Below, piece by piece: positions 37,696 to 47,529 of a DNA stretch of 64,000 nucleotides (its first letter is position 1; each line of letters opens with the position of its first letter). The notes beneath the pieces were generated by a model, which was not told the DNA's origin, did no database searches, and saw nothing but the letters and a program-made list of their open reading frames with translations. The position numbers and the translations under genes were made by a program. The stretch spans positions 2,007,594 to 2,071,593 of the forward strand of contig CAWEHW010000004.1 in assembly GCA_963809045.1 (NCBI GenBank), read 5' to 3'. Origin of the DNA: an uncultured Chloroflexia bacterium. GTDB lineage: Bacteria > Chloroflexota > Limnocylindria > Limnocylindrales > CSP1-4.

Positions 37696-38268
37696 ATGTT
37701 CCGTCGTTTCCTCGGTGCGGGCGCGCCCGCAGCCGCTGAGCCGGTCGAACGACCGGCCGTCTCCGACTCGGACCCTGCCGGCGAGACCGCGACCGTTCGG
37801 CGAATCGTGGCCCGGCTCGACGCGATGCCGGCCGAGCGGGCGCGCCTCATCGCCTCGGCCGCGTACACCCTGGCGCGCGCGGCGCATGCCGACCTCGAGA
37901 TCAGCGACGACGAGACGACCGCCATCGAGGCGGAACTCCAGCGCGACGGCGCACTCGACGAGGCGACGGCCGTGCTGGTCACCCAGATGGCGAAGCTTCA
38001 GGCGAAGACCGTCGGCGGGACCGAGGACTACGTCGTCACCCGCGAATTCAAGGCCATCGCGACGCCGGAGCAGCGACTCGACGTCATGCGGGCGTGCTTC
38101 GCGATCGGGGCCGCAAGTGGCACGATCTCGGCCGAGGAGACCGCGGTCCTCAACCAGATCGCCGGCGAGCTCGACATCGACGCCGCATCCCTGAACGGGA
38201 TTCGCGCCGAGTACCACGATCGGCTGTCGGCCGTTCGCCAGCTTCGCCGGATTTCCGGGACGAGCTGA
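37696..38268 (+). CDS. TerB-like (tellurite-resistance TerB / DjlA N-terminal-like) domain protein
   Basis: Two TerB-type helical repeats (ISDDETTAIEAELQRDGALDE and ISAEETAVLNQIAGELDID). A GGGAGA RBS lies 6 nt upstream of the ATG at 37696. This is the internal start of the longer ORF 37033..38268. Confidence 0.75.
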   Translation: MFRRFLGAGAPAAAEPVERPAVSDSDPAGETATVRRIVARLDAMPAERARLIASAAYTLARAAHADLEISDDETTAIEAELQRDGALDEATAVLVTQMAKLQAKTVGGTEDYVVTREFKAIATPEQRLDVMRACFAIGAASGTISAEETAVLNQIAGELDIDAASLNGIRAEYHDRLSAVRQLRRISGTS

Positions 38269-38280
38269 CCGAGGGCCCTG

Positions 38281-41200
38281 TCAGGCGCTGGCGAGGTGGA
38301 TCTCGACCAGGCCGTCACCCAGGCGCCGGCGGATCTCGGCCAGCAGCTCGGCGTCATAGGCCACGCCGCGACGCAATTCCATCGGCAAGGGGACGCCCCC
38401 ACCGGGACCGGGCACGTGGATGATCACCCGGGTCTCGCCGGGCCGATCGCGCAGGACGGTCTTGAAGGTCTCCATCGCGCCGATCACCCGGTCACTTGGC
38501 GCGATCGAGGCGAACTTCACGTGCAGGACCGTGTTCGGCCCGACATCGATCGGGGTCTCGGAGCTCGCGTCGGCGACGATCTTTGCCCGGGCCTCGTCCG
38601 GGACCGCCGGCTCGTCGTGACCGTCGTCCGGCGGGAGGCCCCCGCGCAGCTCGACGTGGGCGCCGATCGGCTCGGCGGGGGCGATCTGGGGCAGGTCTGC
38701 GACGGGGCCTGAACCGCCGCGGCGAGGCGAGACATAGGGGACCACGAGCGCCGGAGCGCCATCCGGCGGCACGCTCCTGGCCGGGCCCGCACTCACGGGC
38801 ACCCCGCCCGGTGGAACGCGTGCCGGGTCGCCCGGCCCGGGTCCGACGGGCACGAGCGGGCGGCCTGGTTGACCGCTTGGAGCAAGCCCAGGGGTTCCCG
38901 ACGTTGCCTGGGGTGCACCACGCGGCGGGCCCGCCCACGTCGCTCCGTTGCCTCCGGGTGCCGGCGGCCGCCGTCCCGATCCGCGGTCGGCCAGCGCAAC
39001 CTGGCGAGCGAATGCCTCCGCGCCGATGGCCGACGCCTCGTCCCAATCGGACACCAGGTCGGCCAGCAGCGAGATCTCCTCACCCTTGTGATCGACTCGA
39101 CCCGCGACGAGGAGGATCGCGCCGTCGCGCCACGTTGGGCCGGTCTGCTCGTAGAGGCGCGGGAAGACGACGACCTCGATGCTGCCCTGGAGGTCTTCCA
39201 TCGTCACGATGGCCATCACGGCCTTCGCCTTGGTCACGACGATCCGGCGACCGGTGACGATGCCTGCCACGACGACCCGCTGGCCGTCGAGCGTCTCGTC
39301 GCGCAGGTCCGTCGAATACGCCGAGACGAACTGGCTGACCCGTTCGGCGACTTCGCCCATCGGATGCTCCGACAGGTAGAGCCCCAGGAGCTCCTTCTCC
39401 CAGCGCAGTCGCTCGCGGACCGGCACTTCGGTGGCGGTTGGCAGCGGCCGCTCGAAGGCGGTGGCATCCGCAGCACCAAGGTCGAACAGCGAGGTCTGAC
39501 CCGAGATCTTGTCGCGCTGGGTGGCCTGGGCTGATGCGACGGCGTCCTCGAGCCCAAGCAGGATCTGGGCCGGGTGACCGAACGCATTGAGCGCACCGAC
39601 CTTGGCCAGCGCCTCGAGGACCTTGCGGTTCGCCAGCCGCAGGTCGATCCGGGTGCAGAAGTCCGTCAGCGATCGGAAGCTCTCACCATCCTCGCGCGCC
39701 ACGAGGATGGATTCGATCGCCCCCTGACCGACGTTCTTGACCGCCAGCAGCCCGAACCGGATGGCGTCGCCCTCCACCGTGAACTCGAGGTGGCTCCGGT
39801 GAACGTCGGGCGGCAGGACCTCGATCCCCATTCGACGACATTCGGCGACCGCGGCGGCGACCTTCTCCTCGTTCGAACGGAAGGCGGTGAGCACCGCGGT
39901 CATGTAGTCGACGGTGTGGTTGGCCTTCATGTACGCCGTCTGGTAGGCGATCAAGCCATAGCAGGTGGCGTGGGCCTTGTTGAAGCCATAGCGTTCGAAC
40001 GGCTCGAAGGCCTTGAACACGGCATCGATGACATCGGCGGCGACGCCCCGCTGCGCCGCCTGGGTGACGAACCGCTCCTTCTGGGCGCGCAGGACCGCCG
40101 ACTTCTTCTTGCGGATCGCGTAGCCAAGGGTGTCCGCCTCCGGCCCGGTGAACCCGCCGAGGGCCATGGCCGCGGACATGATGTCCTCCTGGTAGACAAA
40201 GATCCCGTAGGTCTTCTCCAGGTACGGCTCGAGCAGCGGGTGGAGGTAGGTGACCGGCTCCTGGCCGTGCTTGCGTCGGATGTAGGCCGGGATGTTGTCC
40301 ATCGGGCCGGGGCGATAGAGCGCCACCATCGCCGCAAGGTCGTACACGGACGTCGGGCGCAGGTCGCGGACGTATCGCCGCATGCCGGCCGACTCCAGCT
40401 GGAAGATGCCCGTGGTCTCGCCCGAGGCCAGGAGCTCAAACGTCGTCGCGTCGTCCAGCGGGATCGTGTCCAGGTCGATCTCGACGCCGCGGTTCGCGCG
40501 GACGAGGTCCACCGCCTGGCGGAGGATCGTCAGGTTCGACAGGCCGAGGAAGTCGAACTTGAGCAGACCGAGCGCCTCGATCGCGTGCATCTCGTACTGG
40601 CTCATCAGCCCGTCGGAGTTGGTCGCTTTCTGGAGCGGCATCAGCTCGGTCAGGGGCTCGCGGCTGATCACGACGCCGGCTGCGTGCGTGGAGGCGTTCC
40701 TTGCCACGCCCTCGAGATGCCGGGCGAAGTCGGTGATCCGCTTGACCGATGGGTCGCCTTCGACCAGACCGCGGAGCTCGGACGAGGATCCGATGGCCTC
40801 GTCGAGCCGGATGCCCAGCTGGTTCGGGACGGCCTTGGCGATGCGGTCGACCTCGCCGTAGGAATGCCCGAGGACCCGTCCGACGTCCCGGATTGCGGCG
40901 CGGGCCAGCATCGTGCCGAAGGTGATGATCTGCGCGACGTGGTCCTGGCCGTACTTGCGCCCGACGTAGGCGATGACCTCCTCGCGTCGGCCGTCCTCGA
41001 AGTCCACGTCGATGTCCGGCATCGTGACCCGGTCCGGGTTGAGGAACCGTTCGAACGGCAGCTGGTACAGGATCGGGTCGACCGGCGTGATCCCCAGCGT
41101 GTAGGTCACGATCGAACCCGGCGCCGAGCCCCGGCAGGTCGTCTGGATCCCCTGCTCTCGGGCAAACCGGATGAAGTCCGCCACGATCAGGAAGTAGCCG

Positions 41201-42222
41201 GCATAGCCCATCGCCAGGATCACGCCGAGCTCGTAGTCGAGCCGGGTCTGGAGCTCCGGCGTGACGGTCCCGTACCGGAACTCCAGCCCGCGCTGGCATT
41301 CCGCCCGGAGCCAGCTCTCGACCGTGTGGCCGTCCGGCACCGGGAAGTGCGGGATCCGCAGCTGGCCAAGGGGCAGGGTCACGTCGGTCATCTCGGCGAT
41401 CCGCCGCGTGTTGCGGATGGCGTCGGGGTGGTCCGGGAACAGGGCAGCCATCTCGGCGGCCGACTTCACGTAGAACTGCGGCGTCTCGAACCGAAGCCGG
41501 TTGGGGGTGTCGAGGTTGTTCCCGGTTCCCACGCACAACAGGACGTCGTGGGCCTCGGCCTGGTCCGGTCGGACGTAATGCAGGTCGTTGGTGACGACCA
41601 GCGGCAGGCCCGCCTCCGGTCCGAGCCGCATGAGCTGCTCGTTCAAACGGCGCTGTTCGGGCAGCCCGTGATCCTGGAGCTCGAGGTAGAACCGGTCCTT
41701 TCCGAAGATGTCGCCGTATTCGCCGGCCAGGCTCCGCGCCAGCTCCCAGTCGTCGGTCTCGAGCGCCTTGGGGATCTCGCCGCCGAGACAGGCCGACAGG
41801 CCGATCAACCCGGCGCTGTGCCGCGCAAGATGCTCCCGGTCGATCCGCGGCTTGTAGTAGTAGCCGTCGATATGGGCGTCCGTGATCAGCCGGCACAGGT
41901 TCTGGTAGCCGGTCCAGTCCTGGGCGAGCAGGATCAAGTGGAAGGGCTGCGCGTCGGCCTTGCCCTCCTTGTCCGTCATCGATCGGCGGGCGACGTACGT
42001 CTCGACGCCGATGATCGGCTTGATCCCCTTGTTCTTCGCGGCCTGGTAGAAGGCGACGGCTCCGTAGAGCGCCCCATGGTCGGTCAGGGCCAGCGAATCC
42101 ATGCCCTGCTGGGCCGCCGCGTCGACCAGCTCGGTGATCCGTCCGAGGCCGTCGAGCAGGCTGAACTCGGAGTGGACGTGGAGGTGGGTGAAGTCATTCG
42201 GGGCGATCGACACGGGTGTCAA
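38281..42222 (-). CDS. dnaE: DNA polymerase III alpha subunit DnaE (with C-terminal Pro/Gly-rich linker and extra C-terminal domain)
   Basis: An N-terminal PHP domain (THLHVHSEFSLLDGLG), a polymerase core and an OB fold. It is 1313 aa versus about 1160-1190 typical. The start is TTG at 42222 or GTG at 42213. Confidence 0.95.
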   Translation of the reverse strand: MTPVSIAPNDFTHLHVHSEFSLLDGLGRITELVDAAAQQGMDSLALTDHGALYGAVAFYQAAKNKGIKPIIGVETYVARRSMTDKEGKADAQPFHLILLAQDWTGYQNLCRLITDAHIDGYYYKPRIDREHLARHSAGLIGLSACLGGEIPKALETDDWELARSLAGEYGDIFGKDRFYLELQDHGLPEQRRLNEQLMRLGPEAGLPLVVTNDLHYVRPDQAEAHDVLLCVGTGNNLDTPNRLRFETPQFYVKSAAEMAALFPDHPDAIRNTRRIAEMTDVTLPLGQLRIPHFPVPDGHTVESWLRAECQRGLEFRYGTVTPELQTRLDYELGVILAMGYAGYFLIVADFIRFAREQGIQTTCRGSAPGSIVTYTLGITPVDPILYQLPFERFLNPDRVTMPDIDVDFEDGRREEVIAYVGRKYGQDHVAQIITFGTMLARAAIRDVGRVLGHSYGEVDRIAKAVPNQLGIRLDEAIGSSSELRGLVEGDPSVKRITDFARHLEGVARNASTHAAGVVISREPLTELMPLQKATNSDGLMSQYEMHAIEALGLLKFDFLGLSNLTILRQAVDLVRANRGVEIDLDTIPLDDATTFELLASGETTGIFQLESAGMRRYVRDLRPTSVYDLAAMVALYRPGPMDNIPAYIRRKHGQEPVTYLHPLLEPYLEKTYGIFVYQEDIMSAAMALGGFTGPEADTLGYAIRKKKSAVLRAQKERFVTQAAQRGVAADVIDAVFKAFEPFERYGFNKAHATCYGLIAYQTAYMKANHTVDYMTAVLTAFRSNEEKVAAAVAECRRMGIEVLPPDVHRSHLEFTVEGDAIRFGLLAVKNVGQGAIESILVAREDGESFRSLTDFCTRIDLRLANRKVLEALAKVGALNAFGHPAQILLGLEDAVASAQATQRDKISGQTSLFDLGAADATAFERPLPTATEVPVRERLRWEKELLGLYLSEHPMGEVAERVSQFVSAYSTDLRDETLDGQRVVVAGIVTGRRIVVTKAKAVMAIVTMEDLQGSIEVVVFPRLYEQTGPTWRDGAILLVAGRVDHKGEEISLLADLVSDWDEASAIGAEAFARQVALADRGSGRRPPAPGGNGATWAGPPRGAPQATSGTPGLAPSGQPGRPLVPVGPGPGDPARVPPGGVPVSAGPARSVPPDGAPALVVPYVSPRRGGSGPVADLPQIAPAEPIGAHVELRGGLPPDDGHDEPAVPDEARAKIVADASSETPIDVGPNTVLHVKFASIAPSDRVIGAMETFKTVLRDRPGETRVIIHVPGPGGGVPLPMELRRGVAYDAELLAEIRRRLGDGLVEIHLASA

Positions 42223-42234
42223 TGGTAGCCGCGG

Positions 42235-42669
42235 GTGGCGGTCGGGGTGGTCGTGGAAGACGGCCCGACCACGACCGACTATCGTCAGGCGATGGACGGG
42301 TCAACCCCCACCGATACCGACCTCGAAGCGCTGGTCATCGACGCCCTCGACCAGCTGCCGGCGCCGTTTCGCGACCAGCTCGGAAGCGTGGCGATCGTGA
42401 TCGAGGACGAAGCCAGCGCAGCCGAGCTCGCGTCAGTCGGCGCCCATGGGTTGTTCGGCCTGTACCACGGGATCCCGCGCACCGCGCTGTCCGCTCATGC
42501 GGCGCCGTCCCCGAGCAAGATCACGATCTACCGCGGTCCGCTCACCCGGGCTTACCGTGAGCCGGCGGCACTCGCAGCGGCGGTCACGGACACCGTGTAC
42601 CACGAGATCGCCCACCACTTCGGGATCTCCGATGCGCGGCTGATGGAGCTCAAGCGCCCCCGGGACTGA
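42235..42669 (+). CDS. zincin-like metallopeptidase-fold protein (DUF1025-type, HExxH)
   Basis: A C-terminal YHEIAHHFG HExxH motif typical of the small possible-zinc-metallopeptidase family. The start is uncertain, either GTG 42235 or ATG 42292. It is divergent from dnaE. Confidence 0.7.
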   Translation: MAVGVVVEDGPTTTDYRQAMDGSTPTDTDLEALVIDALDQLPAPFRDQLGSVAIVIEDEASAAELASVGAHGLFGLYHGIPRTALSAHAAPSPSKITIYRGPLTRAYREPAALAAAVTDTVYHEIAHHFGISDARLMELKRPRD

Positions 42670-43372
42670 CCGGACGCGCCCCATCACGGCCCAGCAACCG
42701 TTCGACGACGGGCAGGATCCGCTGGACCCACGCGGCGTACTGCTGCCCGCTCGGATGCAACCCGTCGTCGGCTACGAGCGATCGATCCTGGGCCACCTGG
42801 AGCGAGATGTCGAACGTGTCGACATAGGCAATCGCCCGATCCACCGCCCGCCGGGCCATGACCGCGTTGTTGGACACGATGCCGTCGTGCTGGCGGCGCG
42901 GGTCGCCGTAGTCCGAACCGGCGGGCGTCACCGTGTAGTCGGGAATGGCGACCGTCACGATCCGGCTCGCGGGGAGTCGTGCCAGCAGGTTGTCGAGGAT
43001 GGTCACGACGTTTGCTTCGTACACCGCCGTCCCGACGCCCTGCACCACATCGTTGACGCCGATCAGCACGGAAACGAATTCGGGGTCGAGCTCCTCGAGT
43101 GCCGGGAGCTCGTCCCGGATCAGGTCGCGCGACGTGTAGCCATTGACCCCGAGGTTGGCGACCAACCGGAGGGTTGGCGGCTGCGGGCCGAGCGCGTCGA
43201 CGAGCAGGTCCGGCCATCGCTCGGTCGCGCGTATCGACGTGCCAATCGTGTAGGAATCACCCAGCGCGACGTAGCGCAGCGGGCGTTCTTCTCGTGGATC
43301 GACTGGCACATCACGAGTATGCGTGACCGCAGAACCAATGCTGTACGATGCCCCATCGGTGCCAGCCTGCAT
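42650..43372 (-). CDS. SGNH/GDSL-family hydrolase (esterase/lipase-like)
   Basis: Block I (VALGDSYTIG), block III (VSVLIGVNDV) and block V (DGLHPS). It is 240 aa. Confidence 0.8.
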   Translation of the reverse strand: MQAGTDGASYSIGSAVTHTRDVPVDPREERPLRYVALGDSYTIGTSIRATERWPDLLVDALGPQPPTLRLVANLGVNGYTSRDLIRDELPALEELDPEFVSVLIGVNDVVQGVGTAVYEANVVTILDNLLARLPASRIVTVAIPDYTVTPAGSDYGDPRRQHDGIVSNNAVMARRAVDRAIAYVDTFDISLQVAQDRSLVADDGLHPSGQQYAAWVQRILPVVERLLGRDGARPVSPGGA

Positions 43373-43440
43373 GCGCGGGCCGGCTCGGTCCCATGTCGCT
43401 TTCGTGCCGTCAGCCGGGCGACAGGCTTGGAGGAGGATCT

Positions 43441-44622
43441 ATGCACAAGCGTTCGGGCCTGACCCTGTTCGCGGGTATGGCCATTCTGGTCGCCGCGTGC
43501 GGCGGTGGAGCCGCCACCACAGCACCCTCGGCAGCCCCGTCGGCGGCGCCATCGTCCGCCCCGTCGGACGCGGCGTCGGAGGCGCCGTCGGCCGAGCCTT
43601 CGTCCGCCCTGACGCCGCTCAAGGTCGGCGTCGTGACCGACGTCGGACAGCTCGAGGACAAGTCGTTCAACCAGTCGTCCAACGAAGGCGCCCTCGCGGC
43701 CGCCGAGGCGACCGGCGGCTCGCACGACGTCATCGTGACCCAGGCGATCTCGGACTACGCGGCCAACATCCAGACGCTGATCGACAACGATTTCGACGTC
43801 ATCGTGACCGTCGGCTTCCTGATCGGGACGGACACGGCGATCGCCGCCAAGGCGAACCCGGACATCAAGTTCGTCGGCGTCGACCAGGGCGTCTGCGTGG
43901 ACGCCGAGGGCGTCCCGGATCCGACGTTCGCATGCGCCGGTGACGCGGCAGCCCTGCTCCCCAACTACCAGGGCATCGTCTTCGCGGAGGCGCAGCCCGG
44001 CTACCTCGCCGGCATCGTGGCCGCCAGCCTCAGCGAGTCCGGCACCATCGGTGCCGTCGGCGGAACCAACGTCCCGGCTGTCGTCAACTACTGGCGCGGA
44101 TACGAGAACGGCGCCAAGTCCGTGAACCCGGACATCGAGATCCTCTACCAGGAGACCGACCCGAACCCGGCCGTTGGCTTCAACGACCAGGCCAAGGGCC
44201 GGGCGATCGCCGGGCAGTTCATCGGCCAGGGTGCCGACGTCCTGTTCCAGGTCGCCGGCCTGACCGGTGTAGGCGTCCTCGAGGCGGCCTGCGATGCGGG
44301 CATCCACGGCATCGGCGTCGACGTCGACCAGGCGGTCAGCCTGCCGAACCTCTCGGCATGCATCGTCACCAGCGCCGAGAAGAAGCTCACCGACACGGTC
44401 CAGGCCGTCGTCATGAGCGCCGCGGACGGGACCTTCAAGGCCGGGACGGTCGCCTACGACGCGTCGTCCACGCCGCCGGCCATCGGCCTTTCCGACTACC
44501 ACGACAATGCCGCGCTCATCACCCCCGAAATCCAGGCGTTGCTGGACACCGCGCTGGCTGGCTTCGAGGCCGGCTCGCTCGATGCTTGCGCGCCGGTCAA
44601 GTGCACGGTGAGCGGCAGCTGA
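43441..44622 (+). CDS. BMP-family (PnrA-like) ABC transporter substrate-binding lipoprotein, probable nucleoside-binding
   Basis: A lipobox (LVAACGG), an Ala/Pro/Ser linker, then a BMP/basic-membrane-protein fold (LKVGVVTDVGQLEDKSFNQS). A strong GGAGGAGGA RBS is present. The longest ORF starts at 43348. Confidence 0.85.
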   Translation: MHKRSGLTLFAGMAILVAACGGGAATTAPSAAPSAAPSSAPSDAASEAPSAEPSSALTPLKVGVVTDVGQLEDKSFNQSSNEGALAAAEATGGSHDVIVTQAISDYAANIQTLIDNDFDVIVTVGFLIGTDTAIAAKANPDIKFVGVDQGVCVDAEGVPDPTFACAGDAAALLPNYQGIVFAEAQPGYLAGIVAASLSESGTIGAVGGTNVPAVVNYWRGYENGAKSVNPDIEILYQETDPNPAVGFNDQAKGRAIAGQFIGQGADVLFQVAGLTGVGVLEAACDAGIHGIGVDVDQAVSLPNLSACIVTSAEKKLTDTVQAVVMSAADGTFKAGTVAYDASSTPPAIGLSDYHDNAALITPEIQALLDTALAGFEAGSLDACAPVKCTVSGS

Positions 44623-44764
44623 CCTCCGGATCACCGATACGGAGCAACTCCCCGAGAGGCGGTCGCAGGACCGCCTCTCGGTCGTTCTGGCGGGCGTTTA
44701 TCATGCGCTGCACTCCGGACCTGCAGCATCCGTCATCCCCGTCGATGAGAAGCCCGAGGCCGCC

Positions 44765-46354
44765 GTGACCGAGATCGTCAGCGCCCCTGCGTTGGAGATG
44801 CGCGGGATCACCAAGCGCTATCCCGGCGTGGTCGCCAACGACGGGATCGACCTCGAGATCAAGCCCGGTGAGATCCACGCGCTCCTCGGCGAGAACGGCG
44901 CCGGCAAGTCGACCCTGATGAACATCCTGTACGGGCTCGCGACGCCCGACTCGGGCGAGATCCTCCTCGACGGCCAGGCGGTCACGATCGACGGCCCGGC
45001 CGACGCGATCGCCCGCGGGATCAGCATGGTCCACCAGCACTTCATGCTCGTGCCGGTGCTGTCGGTCGCCGACAACATCCTCCTCGGCGAAGAAACCATG
45101 GCGAACCGGATCTTCATCGACCGCGGGGAAGCCCACCGCCGGATCGTCGAGCTCGGCAAGCGGTTTGGCTTCGACATCGTCCCGGAGATGCAGGTCGGAT
45201 CCTTGTCGGTGGGCTGGCAACAGCGGGTCGAGATCCTCAAGGCGCTCTACCGCGACGCCCGCATTCTCGTCCTCGACGAGCCCACGGCCGTGCTGACGCC
45301 GCAGGAGACAAAGGAAATTTTCACCGTGCTGCGGCGCCTGGCGGATGAAGGCCACTCGATCATCTTCATCAGCCACAAGCTCTTCGAGGTCCTCGAGATT
45401 GCCGACCGGATCACGGTCATTCGGCGCGGCCGCGTCGTCGGCTCGCGCATCCCTTCCGAGACGAACGAGGACGATCTCGCGGAGCTGATGGTCGGCCGCA
45501 ACGTCCAGCTCGTGGTCGATCGCGGCGAGTCCCATCCGGCGGAGCCGGCGTTGACGGTCAGCGACCTTCGCGTCGCCGACGACCGCGGGCAGGAGTCCGT
45601 CAAGGGCGTCAGCTTCGAGGTCCGCGCCGGGGAGATCTTCGGGATCGCCGGCGTCGCAGGCAACGGCCAGGAGGAGCTCGTCGAGGCCCTGACGGGCCTT
45701 CGTAACCCCGCCTCGGGAACCGTCACCATGGGCGGCCATGATGTCACCCGGTTCGGACCCAGAGCGCTCCAGCGGGCGGGCATGTCGTTCGTCCCCGGGG
45801 ACCGGCATCGGTTCGGCCTGGTGCTCTCGTTCCCGCTGGAAGACAACCTGATCCTGACCCAGTACGACGAGGCACCCTACTCCAAGGGCTTCGTGCGCAA
45901 CGACAGCGCGATCGAAGCGTGGGCGAAGCAGGCCATCGCCGAGTACGACATCCGGACGCCGTCCGCGACGGTCAATGCCGGGACGCTGTCGGGCGGGAAC
46001 CAGCAGAAGGCCGTCGTCGCCCGCGAGTTCAGCAGACAACTCACCGCGCTGATCCTCGATCAGCCGACACGAGGCCTCGACGTCGGGAGCATCGAGTTCA
46101 TCCATCGCCAGGTCATCGCCAAGCGGGACGCGGGAGCTGCCATCCTGCTCGTCTCGGCCGAGCTGGACGAGGTGCTCGAGCTGTCCGACCGGGTCGCCAT
46201 CATGTACCGGGGCGAGATCGTCGCGGTGGTCGATGGCCCAACCGCCGAACGGGAAGAAGTGGGCCTGCTGATGGCCACCGGTCGCCGGGGAGCAGCGGCC
46301 CAGGAAGCGCTCGCGGCGGTCACGCACGTCGCAACCCCGGGCGACGTCGCGTGA
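44765..46354 (+). CDS. ABC transporter ATP-binding protein (tandem NBDs, nucleoside/sugar type)
   Basis: Two ABC cassettes (GENGAGKSTLMNIL...LSVGWQQRVEIL and a second with LSGGNQQKAVVA), which fits the RbsA/nucleoside ABC ATPase type. The stop overlaps the permease GTG start (GTGA). Confidence 0.9.
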   Translation: MTEIVSAPALEMRGITKRYPGVVANDGIDLEIKPGEIHALLGENGAGKSTLMNILYGLATPDSGEILLDGQAVTIDGPADAIARGISMVHQHFMLVPVLSVADNILLGEETMANRIFIDRGEAHRRIVELGKRFGFDIVPEMQVGSLSVGWQQRVEILKALYRDARILVLDEPTAVLTPQETKEIFTVLRRLADEGHSIIFISHKLFEVLEIADRITVIRRGRVVGSRIPSETNEDDLAELMVGRNVQLVVDRGESHPAEPALTVSDLRVADDRGQESVKGVSFEVRAGEIFGIAGVAGNGQEELVEALTGLRNPASGTVTMGGHDVTRFGPRALQRAGMSFVPGDRHRFGLVLSFPLEDNLILTQYDEAPYSKGFVRNDSAIEAWAKQAIAEYDIRTPSATVNAGTLSGGNQQKAVVAREFSRQLTALILDQPTRGLDVGSIEFIHRQVIAKRDAGAAILLVSAELDEVLELSDRVAIMYRGEIVAVVDGPTAEREEVGLLMATGRRGAAAQEALAAVTHVATPGDVA

Positions 46355-47529
46355 GGACGGCTCGTCGGCTCTGGGCGCTGGCCATCATCCCGCTGGCGTC
46401 GATCGTTCTCGCCCTGCTCCTCGGCTCGGTGCTGATCATCCTGTCCAGCCTGGCGACCGGGGAATCGCTCGATTTCCTGTTGCCGGTCGTGGCCTACGAG
46501 AGCCTCCTGGAGGGCGCGACCGGCCTCAACCTGATCGATCTCGATGCTGCCGGAGCACCGAGCCTGACGTTGTCGGTCGACGTCGAGCGTGCCCTTCGCG
46601 CCCTCACCAGCACCGTCGCAGCGGCGGCGCCGCTGGTCCTGACCGGGCTTGCCGTCGGGGTCGGGTTCAAGGCCGGCCTGTTCAACATCGGTGGCACGGG
46701 CCAGGTGCTGGTCGGCGGGTTCATCGCAGCCCTTGCCGGCGCCGCGGTCGCCGAGCAGCCCGTCCCCGTGGCCGTCACCATCGCCCTGCTGGCGGGCGCC
46801 CTCGGCGGAGCCCTCTACGGGTTCATCCCCGGCGCGCTCAAGGCGTTCACGGGCGCCCACGAAGTCGTGTCGACGATCATGCTCAACTCGCTGGCGGCGT
46901 TCATCATCGTCGGCCTCGTCAACGACATCTTCAAGATCGCCGGGCCGTCCTTCGCGCGCACGGCCGACGTCGGGAACGCGGCACTGCCGATCCTGTTCGG
47001 GCGGAACGGGCACCTGGGCGTGCTGATTGCTCTCGCCGTCATCCCGGTCACCTACTTCCTGATCTACCGGACCACCCTCGGCTTCGAGATCCGGACCGTG
47101 GGCGCGAACCCGAGCGCGGCGCGCTATGCCGGGATGAGCCCGCGGCGGCTGATCGTCCTGACGATGAGCCTGTGCGGACTGTTCGCCGGCCTGGGCGGGG
47201 CGATCGAGATCCTGACCCTCGGGTACTACCCAGCCGTCTTCGGGACCTCGATCGGCTTCGCGGGCATCACCGTCGCGCTCCTCGGGCGCGCCCATCCCGT
47301 CGGCATCCTCCTGGCCGGTCTCCTGCTCGGGGCGATGCGCGCCGGCGCTCCGGCGATGCAGATCAATGCGAACGTGCCGATCGAGATCATCGACGTGCTC
47401 CAGGGCCTGATCCTGCTGTTCCTGGCGGCCGAGATCGTCATCCGGCGACTCCTGCGGATCCGGGCCGAGCGGGTCACCCCCGGTGAGCTCGGGACCGTGG
47501 CAAAGACGTACGGCGAGGGCACGGTCTGA
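46351..47529 (+). CDS. ABC transporter permease (BMP-family transporter, permease 1)
   Basis: A polytopic membrane protein. Its GTG start at 46351 overlaps the ATPase stop. It is the C-terminal part of the longer ORF 45919..47529. Confidence 0.85.
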   Translation: MRTARRLWALAIIPLASIVLALLLGSVLIILSSLATGESLDFLLPVVAYESLLEGATGLNLIDLDAAGAPSLTLSVDVERALRALTSTVAAAAPLVLTGLAVGVGFKAGLFNIGGTGQVLVGGFIAALAGAAVAEQPVPVAVTIALLAGALGGALYGFIPGALKAFTGAHEVVSTIMLNSLAAFIIVGLVNDIFKIAGPSFARTADVGNAALPILFGRNGHLGVLIALAVIPVTYFLIYRTTLGFEIRTVGANPSAARYAGMSPRRLIVLTMSLCGLFAGLGGAIEILTLGYYPAVFGTSIGFAGITVALLGRAHPVGILLAGLLLGAMRAGAPAMQINANVPIEIIDVLQGLILLFLAAEIVIRRLLRIRAERVTPGELGTVAKTYGEGTV

